A stretch of 64,000 nt of DNA, from positions 2,112,001-2,176,000 of the forward strand of contig CBDCXV010000011.1 in NCBI GenBank assembly GCA_965223905.1, written 5' to 3'. The translations under genes were made by a program, and so were the position numbers. This stretch comes from Candidatus Latescibacterota bacterium (GTDB lineage Bacteria; Latescibacterota; UBA2968; UBA8231). The notes beneath the pieces are model-generated. The model ran no database searches. It worked only from the letters and a program-made list of their open reading frames with translations, and had not been told where the DNA came from. Of the stretch, positions 42,402 to 50,468 are shown in pieces (position 1 is the first letter of the stretch; every line of letters starts with the position of its first letter).

Positions 42402-44186
42402 TCAGATGACCTTGCCCGCGACTTCCGCTTCCCGGTCGCGGGCCTCGGCAGAGCTCACGGGTGCTACGCGGACGACGTTCTCGGGATCGTAGTCGAGCAG
42501 CTTGAGCCAGTCCTCGACGCTGTCGGTGGGGGGGAAGACCTCGTTCTCGCGGTACTCGGAGAGGATGGCGTTGGCGAGGTCCTCGGAGCGGATGCCGGCG
42601 TCGGCGTCACTCTCGGCGATGGCGCGCTTGATCGCCGCTTCCTTGGCGCGCTGGACGATGCTGTCGATCAGCGCCCCGCTGGCGAGATCCCCGTAATGCA
42701 GGTTTTCCAGGCGGCCGCTGCGCAGGCCGACCTCGAGGAACCGGGTCTCCTCGCCGCGTGCGAACAGCCCCTTCACCGCCTCTTCGATCAGGGCCCGGCG
42801 GGCTTCCCCCGCACCGCCGTAGCGCTCGACCTCGCGCGGGTCGATCGGCAGGTCCTCGGTGAGGTAGATCCCGAAAATTTCGCGCGAGGCGTCGAAATCC
42901 GGGCGCAGGACCTTGATCTTGCGGTCGATGCGGCCCGGTCTGAGGATGGCCGGGTCGATGAGGTCGTGCCGGTTGGATGCGAGAATGATGACGACGTCCT
43001 GCAGCGACTCGATGCCGTCCATCTCGGTGCAGAACATCGGCACCACCGTGTTGGCGATGTGGTGGCTGCGCATCGACCGCCGCGTCCCGAGAATCGACTC
43101 CGCCTCGTCGATGAAGACGAAGGGCAGGAACCCCTCCTTCCGCTTCTGCCGCGCCTGCGCGAAGATCTCCCGAACCATGCGCTCGGTCTCGCCGAGCCAC
43201 ATGTTGAGGATCTCCGGGCCCTTGACGTGCATGAAGTACTCCCTGACGTCAAGGCCCTCTGCGCTGCGCAGGTGCTGCACGAGGTTGTAGGCCGTCGCCT
43301 TGCCGATGAGGGTCTTGCCGCAGCCCGGCGGGCCGTAGAGGAGGAACCCCTTCGGGGTCGAGTAGCGGAACTTTTCGAAAAGCTCCGGGTGCTTGGCGGG
43401 CAGCTCGATGGTGTCGCGGATCCCCCGAATCGCCTCCTCCTGGCCGCCGATCCGGTCCCACGTCATTTCCGGAATCTCCTCGAGGAAGTACTCCCTGCTC
43501 TCGCGCGATTGCAGCAGCTCGAGGGCGACCCTCATCGAGGCATCGGTGCGGACCTCGTCCCCCGCCTTGAGCTCGAGGCCGGCGAGCTCCTCGGCGCGTT
43601 CGAGAACGAAGTCGCTGGTGGCGTGCTCGTTGCCGATGCGCAGGCGGCCGTCGGGGAGGACGTCGGTGATTCTCACCACAGGCCCGGCCGGGTTGCGGGG
43701 CAGCACGCCGACGACGGCGTACGCCTCGTTGATCAGAACGCGCCCGCCGACCTGCAACTCTCCGGGGTCGACGCGCGGGTCGACGTTGGCGAAGTACTCG
43801 GAGCCGCCGACGAGGATGGTCGCGATCCCCTCCCTGGGAGCGTCGATGCAGATGCCGACCCGGTTGGAGGGGGAGGTCACCTTCTCCAGGGCGGCCTCGA
43901 GCTCGACCAGGGCGCGCCGCGCCTCCTGGAAGGTGATCTCGCGTTCCATCAGCTGCCGCCGCAGCTGGTAGAGCAGCGGCCGCGACGGGTCGCGGTCCGG
44001 CAGCAGGATCAGCACCTGGTCGACGAGGCGGAGCGGCTCTTCGTCGAAGTCGCGCCGCGCCTCTTCCTCTGGATCGCCGCGCAGGTAGGGGGACTCGAAC
44101 TCCTCGAACTCGTCGCCTTTGCGTCCCCCGCCGGCCGGGTCGCCGTCGGGGTCGCCGAAATCGGCGTAGTCGCGATCGCTGTTCAT
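42402..44186 (-). CDS. arc: Proteasome-associated AAA ATPase (ARC/Mpa-like)
   Basis: Coiled coil and tandem OB-like region, GPPGCGKT, KGPEILNMWLGETER, FIDEAE, DPAILRPGRIDRKI. Confidence 0.93.
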   Translation of the reverse strand: MNSDRDYADFGDPDGDPAGGGRKGDEFEEFESPYLRGDPEEEARRDFDEEPLRLVDQVLILLPDRDPSRPLLYQLRRQLMEREITFQEARRALVELEAALEKVTSPSNRVGICIDAPREGIATILVGGSEYFANVDPRVDPGELQVGGRVLINEAYAVVGVLPRNPAGPVVRITDVLPDGRLRIGNEHATSDFVLERAEELAGLELKAGDEVRTDASMRVALELLQSRESREYFLEEIPEMTWDRIGGQEEAIRGIRDTIELPAKHPELFEKFRYSTPKGFLLYGPPGCGKTLIGKATAYNLVQHLRSAEGLDVREYFMHVKGPEILNMWLGETERMVREIFAQARQKRKEGFLPFVFIDEAESILGTRRSMRSHHIANTVVPMFCTEMDGIESLQDVVIILASNRHDLIDPAILRPGRIDRKIKVLRPDFDASREIFGIYLTEDLPIDPREVERYGGAGEARRALIEEAVKGLFARGEETRFLEVGLRSGRLENLHYGDLASGALIDSIVQRAKEAAIKRAIAESDADAGIRSEDLANAILSEYRENEVFPPTDSVEDWLKLLDYDPENVVRVAPVSSAEARDREAEVAGKVI

Positions 44187-44247
44187 GTGTCCGTCCTCGC
44201 CCGTGGGCAGGGTAGCACCGGGGGCGCCGGGTCTGCCCTTCGCGGCA

Positions 44248-44991
44248 TCAGTGGATGACGTCCCCGAGCCGGCCGTAGCGGGTGCGCGTCGGAAGCGTCG
44301 GGAGGTTCCAGATGAAGCTGCCGGTGTCCATCACCAGTTGCGGCAGCCCCCGCAGGATGTCGGGACCGCTCTTGAGCTTCGCCGACCAGTAGATGATCAT
44401 CGCCTTTCCTTTGATGAGGCCGCGCGGCACCGGACCGAAGACGCGGCTGTCGCTGCTGTTGTCGCGGTTGTCGCCCATCATGAAGAACTGGTCCTCCGGC
44501 ACCCTGTAGGGGCCGAAGTTGTCCCGCATGGTATAGGAAGCCGGGTGGACGCCGGGGTCGGTGTGTTTCGACAGCGGCGGATTCGGGAAGATCTCGCCGT
44601 CGACGTAGAGGACCTTGTCGACAACCTGAACCTGCTGGCCGCCGACGGCGACGCAGCGCTTGATCAGGTCGCGCCCGGGCTCGGTCTTGGAGCGGAAGAT
44701 CACGATGTCCCCCGGCTGCGGGTCGCGCAGGGCGGGAAGCCTGAACAGGGGCGCGGCCACGAAGGGTATCTCGAGCGGGGCGCCGTACACGAACTTGTTC
44801 GCCAGCAGGTAATCCCCGACGAAGAGGGTGTCCTCCATCGATCCGGAGGGAATGTAGAAGGCCTGGACCACGGTGCTGCGGATGAGCAGGGCGAGGCCTA
44901 TGGCGACGACGATGGACGACAGGTACTCCCGCACACCCGACCCCTGCGGCCGGTCCGACGGGTCTGACTTCTTCTGATTGTCAGGAGGCAT
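44248..44991 (-). CDS. lepB: Signal peptidase I
   Basis: IPSGSMEDTL..GD, LIKRC, MGDNRDNSSDSR..G. Confidence 0.95.
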   Translation of the reverse strand: MPPDNQKKSDPSDRPQGSGVREYLSSIVVAIGLALLIRSTVVQAFYIPSGSMEDTLFVGDYLLANKFVYGAPLEIPFVAAPLFRLPALRDPQPGDIVIFRSKTEPGRDLIKRCVAVGGQQVQVVDKVLYVDGEIFPNPPLSKHTDPGVHPASYTMRDNFGPYRVPEDQFFMMGDNRDNSSDSRVFGPVPRGLIKGKAMIIYWSAKLKSGPDILRGLPQLVMDTGSFIWNLPTLPTRTRYGRLGDVIH

Positions 44992-45035
44992 TTGTCCGGA
45001 CCTCGAATCCCGTGCAAGTCAGTGAGATGTGGTAC

Positions 45036-45064
45036 AGTATACAGAAGGGCAAATAGCCTGTCAC
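45036..45064 (-). promoter_or_regulatory. Candidate sigma70 promoter for lepB and possibly the proteasome genes
   Basis: Minus strand GTGACA, 17-bp spacer, TATACT. Confidence 0.55.
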
Positions 45065-45188
45065 CATTCCCACCCGCGGTCGAATTCGGCTGCGGCCGGC
45101 CCGTTGTGCGCGCTCACGCGGGGCGCTGCGGACCGTATCGGGAACAGGAGAATGGCCCGGGCGGATCGGGCCGCCCGGCAACGACCCT

Positions 45189-46190
45189 CTATCCTCGACC
45201 AGCGACCTCGGCCACCGCTCCCTCCTGCCAGGAGCGGATGGCGGCCTCGATGATTTCCTGGGCGGCGAGGCCGTCGTCTCCCGAGGCCTCGATGCGGTCG
45301 GGACCGACCCCCTCGCTCAGCTGCTCGATCCAGCGGTTTATGCGGGTGTGGAAGGTGTCGCCGAATCCCGTCATCCCCCCCATGATGCTGTTGCGCACCA
45401 CCGTCAGCTCCTCTCCCCGGCGCGGGTATAAGGTCAGCTCCTCGAAGCAGTTGTCGAGCACGAACCGCCCCTCCGTCCCCATCACCTCGCAGCGTTCGAG
45501 GTTGTGCCGCGGCGCCGCGTCGTAGCTGCCCGTGAGGTGGCCGACGACGCCGTTGGCGAACTCCATGTTGATCTGGGCGTTCGACCAGCAGGCGCGGCCG
45601 GGGGCGCGGTTGAGGAAGGCGTGCACCCGCTTCACCTCGCCGCCGAAGTAGCGCATGATGTCGATCGAGTGCGGGTGCAGGGCCCGCAGGTGGAACCACT
45701 CGGAGGTTTCGTTGGGGTTGTCGATCCACATCGTCATGTTCAGCAGCAGCAGGTCGCCGAGCCGGCCCTCGTCGATCCAGGCGCGGGCGCGCTCGGCCGG
45801 CGGCACGAAGCGGTGGTTGAGGTTGATGCCGAAACAGACCCCCTGCTCCCTGGCCTTTGCGACCATCTCCCTGGCGTGCACGATATTGTTGGAGATCGGC
45901 TTCTCGCACAGCACGTGCCTGCCCGCGGCGAGCGCGGCCATCACCGGTTCGTAGTGGTCGCCGCCGTTCTCGAATCCGCCCGTGGCGACGCTGACGGCGT
46001 CGAGATCTTCGGACTCGAGCAGCTCCTCCACCGAGTAGTGCGGCCGGGCGCCGAAGCGCGCTGCGGCCCCGTCGGCGCGCTCCTTCACCATGTCGCAGAC
46101 GGCGACGAGATCGGCCCTGTCCGACTTGGCGTAGACCTCGGCGTGGTTGGTACCTATCCCCCTCATCCCGATCACGGCGACCTTCAGCAT
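45189..46190 (-). CDS. Gfo/Idh/MocA-family oxidoreductase
   Basis: VAVIGMRGIG, HVLCEKP, HSID. Confidence 0.92.
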   Translation of the reverse strand: MLKVAVIGMRGIGTNHAEVYAKSDRADLVAVCDMVKERADGAAARFGARPHYSVEELLESEDLDAVSVATGGFENGGDHYEPVMAALAAGRHVLCEKPISNNIVHAREMVAKAREQGVCFGINLNHRFVPPAERARAWIDEGRLGDLLLLNMTMWIDNPNETSEWFHLRALHPHSIDIMRYFGGEVKRVHAFLNRAPGRACWSNAQINMEFANGVVGHLTGSYDAAPRHNLERCEVMGTEGRFVLDNCFEELTLYPRRGEELTVVRNSIMGGMTGFGDTFHTRINRWIEQLSEGVGPDRIEASGDDGLAAQEIIEAAIRSWQEGAVAEVAGRG

Positions 46191-47287
46191 GATTCATCTC
46201 CGGACTCTGGTGTAGTGGGTGCATCCCCCACCGGCTGCGGCAGCGCCACCCCGAGCTCGCCGGCGACCGCGATTATCTGCTCCCAGGCCGACTCGTCCAC
46301 CGGCATGCCGGCGCGCAGGCGCTGCTCGCGCACCCGGTGCGACTTCTCCCCCGGCAGCATCACCTCGTCGAATCCCTCGGCGGAGGGCGCCGATTTCACC
46401 CGCTCCGCGAACTCCGCGACCTCTTCGAGGAACTCGCCGACGGGAACGAATGCGGCGACGTTCACCGCCAAGATCAGCAGGGCGTTTCCCGCCTCCGGCG
46501 GGTCGAGGCGGGAGCAGCCGGCCCCCGACAGCGCCCCGGCCAGGATATCGACGGCGACGGCGAGACCGAAGCCCTTGTGGCCGGTGCCGGGAAACCCCAG
46601 CGGCAGCAGGGCCCCGTCCGGAGGGCCGTAGAACTTCTCCACATCGGTTGTCGGAGCGCCCTCGGCGTCGATGATGAACCCCTCGGGTACCGGCTCCCCG
46701 CGATTCCGGTAGAGGCGCATGGCCCCACCCGAGGTCATGCTGGTGGTCATGTCGAGGAGGATGGGCAACTCGCGGCCGCTGGGAACGGCCACGGCCAGGG
46801 GATTCGTCGGCAGGCGTCTCTCGGCGCCCCCGAACGGCGCCGTCGAGTGGTCGCTGCCGTGCCCGTTGCAGAACATCATCCCTACCAGGTCGCCGGAGGC
46901 GGCGATCTGGGCGGCAAAGCGGCCGAGGCGGGCGACGTGGTTGCAGCGCCTGACGGTCACCGCGGCGACCGCCCCGTCCCGCGCTTTCGCAGCCGCCAGC
47001 TGCGCCGCCCGGTGGGCGGTGACCGGACCGAAGTTCCAGTTGCCGCTGACGTGGGCGATGCGGGAGGCCTCCGACAGGATCTCGAAGGGGGCCCCGGGGA
47101 TCACCTTGCCGCTGCGCACGCTGTCGACGTATTGCGGATAGCGGAGGACGCCGTGGCTGTCGTGGCCGAGCAGCCCGGACTCGACCATGTGATCGGCCAC
47201 GAGCTCCGCCTCCTCGCGAGGCGCGCCCACGGCGGCGAACAGGTCGCTTCCGAGCCGGCGCAGATCGCCGGCGGCGAATACGGGCAT
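46184..47287 (-). CDS. Ldh_2-family (YbiC/ComC/AllD-like) oxidoreductase
   Basis: GHDSHG, NHVARLG, TNPLA, LDMTTS, HKGFGL, MLPGE. Confidence 0.92.
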   Translation of the reverse strand: MPVFAAGDLRRLGSDLFAAVGAPREEAELVADHMVESGLLGHDSHGVLRYPQYVDSVRSGKVIPGAPFEILSEASRIAHVSGNWNFGPVTAHRAAQLAAAKARDGAVAAVTVRRCNHVARLGRFAAQIAASGDLVGMMFCNGHGSDHSTAPFGGAERRLPTNPLAVAVPSGRELPILLDMTTSMTSGGAMRLYRNRGEPVPEGFIIDAEGAPTTDVEKFYGPPDGALLPLGFPGTGHKGFGLAVAVDILAGALSGAGCSRLDPPEAGNALLILAVNVAAFVPVGEFLEEVAEFAERVKSAPSAEGFDEVMLPGEKSHRVREQRLRAGMPVDESAWEQIIAVAGELGVALPQPVGDAPTTPESGDESC

Positions 47288-47289
47288 CG

Positions 47290-48555
47290 CTACAGCGACG
47301 ACAAGGCGGAGACGGACTTCATGCCGCCGCCGGCAGCCTCTTCATCCGGCCCCTGCGCCACCACCAGGAGGGCGTTGGCCACCTCGCGCTCGCCGGTCTG
47401 ATCGGAGGGCATGTTGACGACCTGGTTGCCGACCACCATCGTCGTCGAGCCGCCGCCGTCGAGGTTGAGGGCGTGGTAGGCGTTTGCGCCCGAGGCGGAA
47501 AAACTCTCGATGTCGTCGGCCATGAAATCGGCGAGCTCAGCCAGGGACATGCCGACGCTGTACCCGGGCTGGCGGCCGTCGATGGTTACCAGAAAGAGGG
47601 TGCGGCCGTCCTGCGAATGGCCGACCGCGGTGCGGGGATGGCGCTCCTCGGTGAAGCCGCGTCCCAGCTTCTCCCGCTCGTATTCGATCGACGGATAGCC
47701 GTCGCGGACGATGCGGGGACCGCCGCCGATGGCCTCCTCGAGGCGGCTGACCGCCGGGGGCAGCAGGCAGAACAACCCGACGGTGTCTCCCGCGACGATC
47801 TCCCCTTCCGGCAAGTCCATCGAACCGGCGACCAGCCACTGGCCGTCGGCGATCTTCAGGGGCCAACCCCGGCGTCTCACCTGCAGCACCCGAGCCCTGA
47901 CGGTGTCGTTGATGACCGAGCGCTCCCCTAGGCTCTGCAGCTCGAACCCGATGTCGGCGCGCACCGAGTCGATCCGGGCCGCGGCGAAGCGGTTCAAGCA
48001 GGAGAGACCCCCGTTGCCGGGGGAGCGGTTGAAGAGCGATATCGGCAGCTGCTTTCCCGAGGGGGTGATCAGGCCGGTGCGGATATTGAACACCGCCACC
48101 ATCGGCGCCCCTTCCGCGGAAATGGCGAACGCCGATTGCCCCCGTGGCACCGCCACCAGCCGGCCGCGACTGATCTGCAGGCCGCTCGGGCTGTCGTCGT
48201 AGAAGAAGCCCCCGTTGATCGCGGCGATGGCGCCGCCGGCCATGCTGCTCGTTCGCGCCAGCCCCGCCTCGTCCGCAACCGGCCGCGCCGTGCGCAGGCG
48301 GATGCCCGCCTTCCACGCCTTTCGCAGATCGAGCTCGATGACATGGATCGACCACGGACCTTCTGTAAGGTGTAGAGTGTGATGGTAGACGCCGGTCGCC
48401 AGCTCCCTGGTCTTTTCGGTGAGGGGCTGAGGCTGGCAGGCGGGAAAAACCAGCAGTCCGGACAACAGCGCCGCGCGCGCCGCCAGGGACGGCCCGGCAG
48501 GGCCTGTGGGGGGCGGCTCCGGTTCCGAATGCTCGGGGGAGGAAAGTGTGGACAC
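47290..48555 (-). CDS. Phosphodiester glycosidase (NAGPA-like) family protein
   Basis: AAINGGFF, IGGGP, HPRTAVG, IDGRQPGYSVGM, LNLDGGGST, ERxVAN; start approximate. Confidence 0.88.
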   Translation of the reverse strand: MSTLSSPEHSEPEPPPTGPAGPSLAARAALLSGLLVFPACQPQPLTEKTRELATGVYHHTLHLTEGPWSIHVIELDLRKAWKAGIRLRTARPVADEAGLARTSSMAGGAIAAINGGFFYDDSPSGLQISRGRLVAVPRGQSAFAISAEGAPMVAVFNIRTGLITPSGKQLPISLFNRSPGNGGLSCLNRFAAARIDSVRADIGFELQSLGERSVINDTVRARVLQVRRRGWPLKIADGQWLVAGSMDLPEGEIVAGDTVGLFCLLPPAVSRLEEAIGGGPRIVRDGYPSIEYEREKLGRGFTEERHPRTAVGHSQDGRTLFLVTIDGRQPGYSVGMSLAELADFMADDIESFSASGANAYHALNLDGGGSTTMVVGNQVVNMPSDQTGEREVANALLVVAQGPDEEAAGGGMKSVSALSSL

Positions 48556-48639
48556 GGTGGCAACTCGAACAGCAGAGTGGGCGATCAAGATAGAGGGACC
48601 CCCGGCAGCGGTCAAGCTACGGACAGCACTTGAGTTAGG

Positions 48640-49240
48640 GTTCTTCAGCGCAGCAGGATCAGCCGCCGTACACGGGTTCCCTGCGCGGTCGCCAGGGCCG
48701 CGAAGCAGACCCCGGGGTGACCGTTTCACCGGCGTCGTTCTCTCCTCTCCAGACGGCGCGGTGGCGCCCGGGCGGCCGCGTGGCCGACACCAGGGAACGC
48801 ACCTGCTGGCCGAGGAGATTGTAGATGACGAGCTCGACCCGCTCGGCGCCCGGCAGCTCGTACTCCAGCACGGTCTCCGCGTTGAAGGGATTGGGGCGGG
48901 GCGGGTGCAGACCGAGCTCGTACCCCGCGTAGAAGCCGGCCAGGGCCTTGGCCCACCTTGCAGGTGCGCGGCCAGCGACTCGGCGTCGGCGATGTCGACG
49001 GCGCCGTCTCGGTTTATGTCGAAGGGGGTCGGGGCTTGGTCCGGGGTGCCGCGCAGGTGATCGGCGAGCGCGAAGAAGTCGTCGACGGCGAGACCTGCGG
49101 GGACTCCGAGGGCGCTTTCGAGGGCCGGCAGACCGTCGCCCGCGAATCCGAAATCGCCGTTGCCGGCGACGGTGGTGATTGCTCCGTCGGCGCCGACCGC
49201 ACGGACGAGGTTGAAGCGCTCGTCAGCGATGTAGCGGCCC
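48640..49240 (-). pseudogene. Collapsed remnant of an NHL-repeat + dockerin/EF-hand-like + FlgD-tail protein
   Basis: Minus-strand fragments YIADERFNLVRAVGADGAITTVAGNG.., DFFALADH..FDINRDGAVD, then after a frameshift PNPFNAETVLEY..IYNLLGQQVRSL; no start codon. Confidence 0.7.
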
Positions 49241-50468
49241 CCCCGGAAGGCCGCGCGGCGCTGACCACGGCGCCGAAGCCCATGCGCTGCCGGATCTCGG
49301 TGATCGCTCGCCCGAGCCGGCGCTGCCTGCGCTCGGCCTCCTCCTCGAACAGGTCGAGTTGTCCCGAATCCCTGCCCAGCCGGCTCGCCGAGACCCGGAT
49401 CGACCGGATCGCAGCGCGGCGCTGGTGCAGACCGGTGAAGAGCGCCACCGCGGCCGCGGCGACGGTGGCGAAGTCGTCGCTGGCCGCGGGCATGGAGTGC
49501 GTGCGCTGCGCGGTGCGATTGTCGGTGTAGCGCAGCTCCAACGTCATTCGCGAGGCGACGTACCCGGCCCGGCGCAGCTGGTCGACGAGCTTGTCCGCGG
49601 TCAGGCGCACTGCCTGGAGCAGCGTGAACTCGTCGTTGACGTCGCGCTCGAGGGTGGTCTCGGCGACGACGGCGCGGCTGCCGCGCCGCCCCGGCGCGCC
49701 GTCGATGCCGCGCACCAGTCCGTACAGCTGCTCCCCGGCGGCCCCTCCGAAGCGCCTGTGCAGCGCCGGGCGCTCGAGCGCGAGAACCTGCGCGGCATGG
49801 TGCAGGCCGTAGCGGCGGGCGGTCTCGCGCACTCCGGCGGGAAGCGGCAGCTCGTCCAGCTCCAGGTTCGCGAGCAGCTCCGCCTCCTGGTCCGGGGCGC
49901 AGACCTCGACGCCGTCCGGCCTGGCGCGCTCGGCCAGCAGCCCGGCCAGCAGGCGGCTGCGGCTGACCGCGGCGGCGATCTCCTGCAACCCGGTGCGCCG
50001 CCGCAGGTGGCGGGCGAGGCGCTCTCCCAGCCCGGCCCGGTCGAGATCGCCCCGGTCGAGGGCGCGCTGCGCCGGCGTTCCGGAGAGGGCGAGCGTGCCG
50101 CGGGCCAGCTCGTCCAACCGGTAGTCCGGGGTCCAGGCGGCCAGGGCGGCGAGAAGCCGCTCGAGCACGCGCTGCTCCGCTTCCTCGTCCCGCTCGACGA
50201 CCAGCGCGCGCCGCCCCAGCCGACGGCGCAGGACGAACACCGGCTCCCCCGGCGCGACCCCGAGCTCGCGGGCCGCCGGAGAGCGGGCGAACACCGAGGC
50301 GCGGTGGCTCTCCTGGTTCTGGCGCACGACGACGAACGCCTTTCCGAGCAGCTCGCGGCGCACCGCGGCGACCGCCTGGGCGGCGAACTGGTCCGCGGCG
50401 ACCGCCGCGAACAGCGGCTCGGGCCGGGGCCGGGCGGCCCTAGGCGGCCGCCGTTGCCACGTCCCCAT
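49014..50468 (-). CDS. Y-family polymerase-like accessory protein (ImuB-like, probably inactive); natural end probably near 49250
   Basis: IMS-fold landmarks (SPAARELGV.PG, little-finger LELRYTD, QLDLF clamp motif, IRQRMGFGAV); N-terminal acidic catalytic motif degenerate. Confidence 0.75.
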   Translation of the reverse strand: MGTWQRRPPRAARPRPEPLFAAVAADQFAAQAVAAVRRELLGKAFVVVRQNQESHRASVFARSPAARELGVAPGEPVFVLRRRLGRRALVVERDEEAEQRVLERLLAALAAWTPDYRLDELARGTLALSGTPAQRALDRGDLDRAGLGERLARHLRRRTGLQEIAAAVSRSRLLAGLLAERARPDGVEVCAPDQEAELLANLELDELPLPAGVRETARRYGLHHAAQVLALERPALHRRFGGAAGEQLYGLVRGIDGAPGRRGSRAVVAETTLERDVNDEFTLLQAVRLTADKLVDQLRRAGYVASRMTLELRYTDNRTAQRTHSMPAASDDFATVAAAAVALFTGLHQRRAAIRSIRVSASRLGRDSGQLDLFEEEAERRQRRLGRAITEIRQRMGFGAVVSAARPSGGAATSLTSASTSSVRSAPTEQSPPSPATAISDSRATVCRPSKAPSESPQVSPSTTSSRSPITCAAPRTKPRPPST

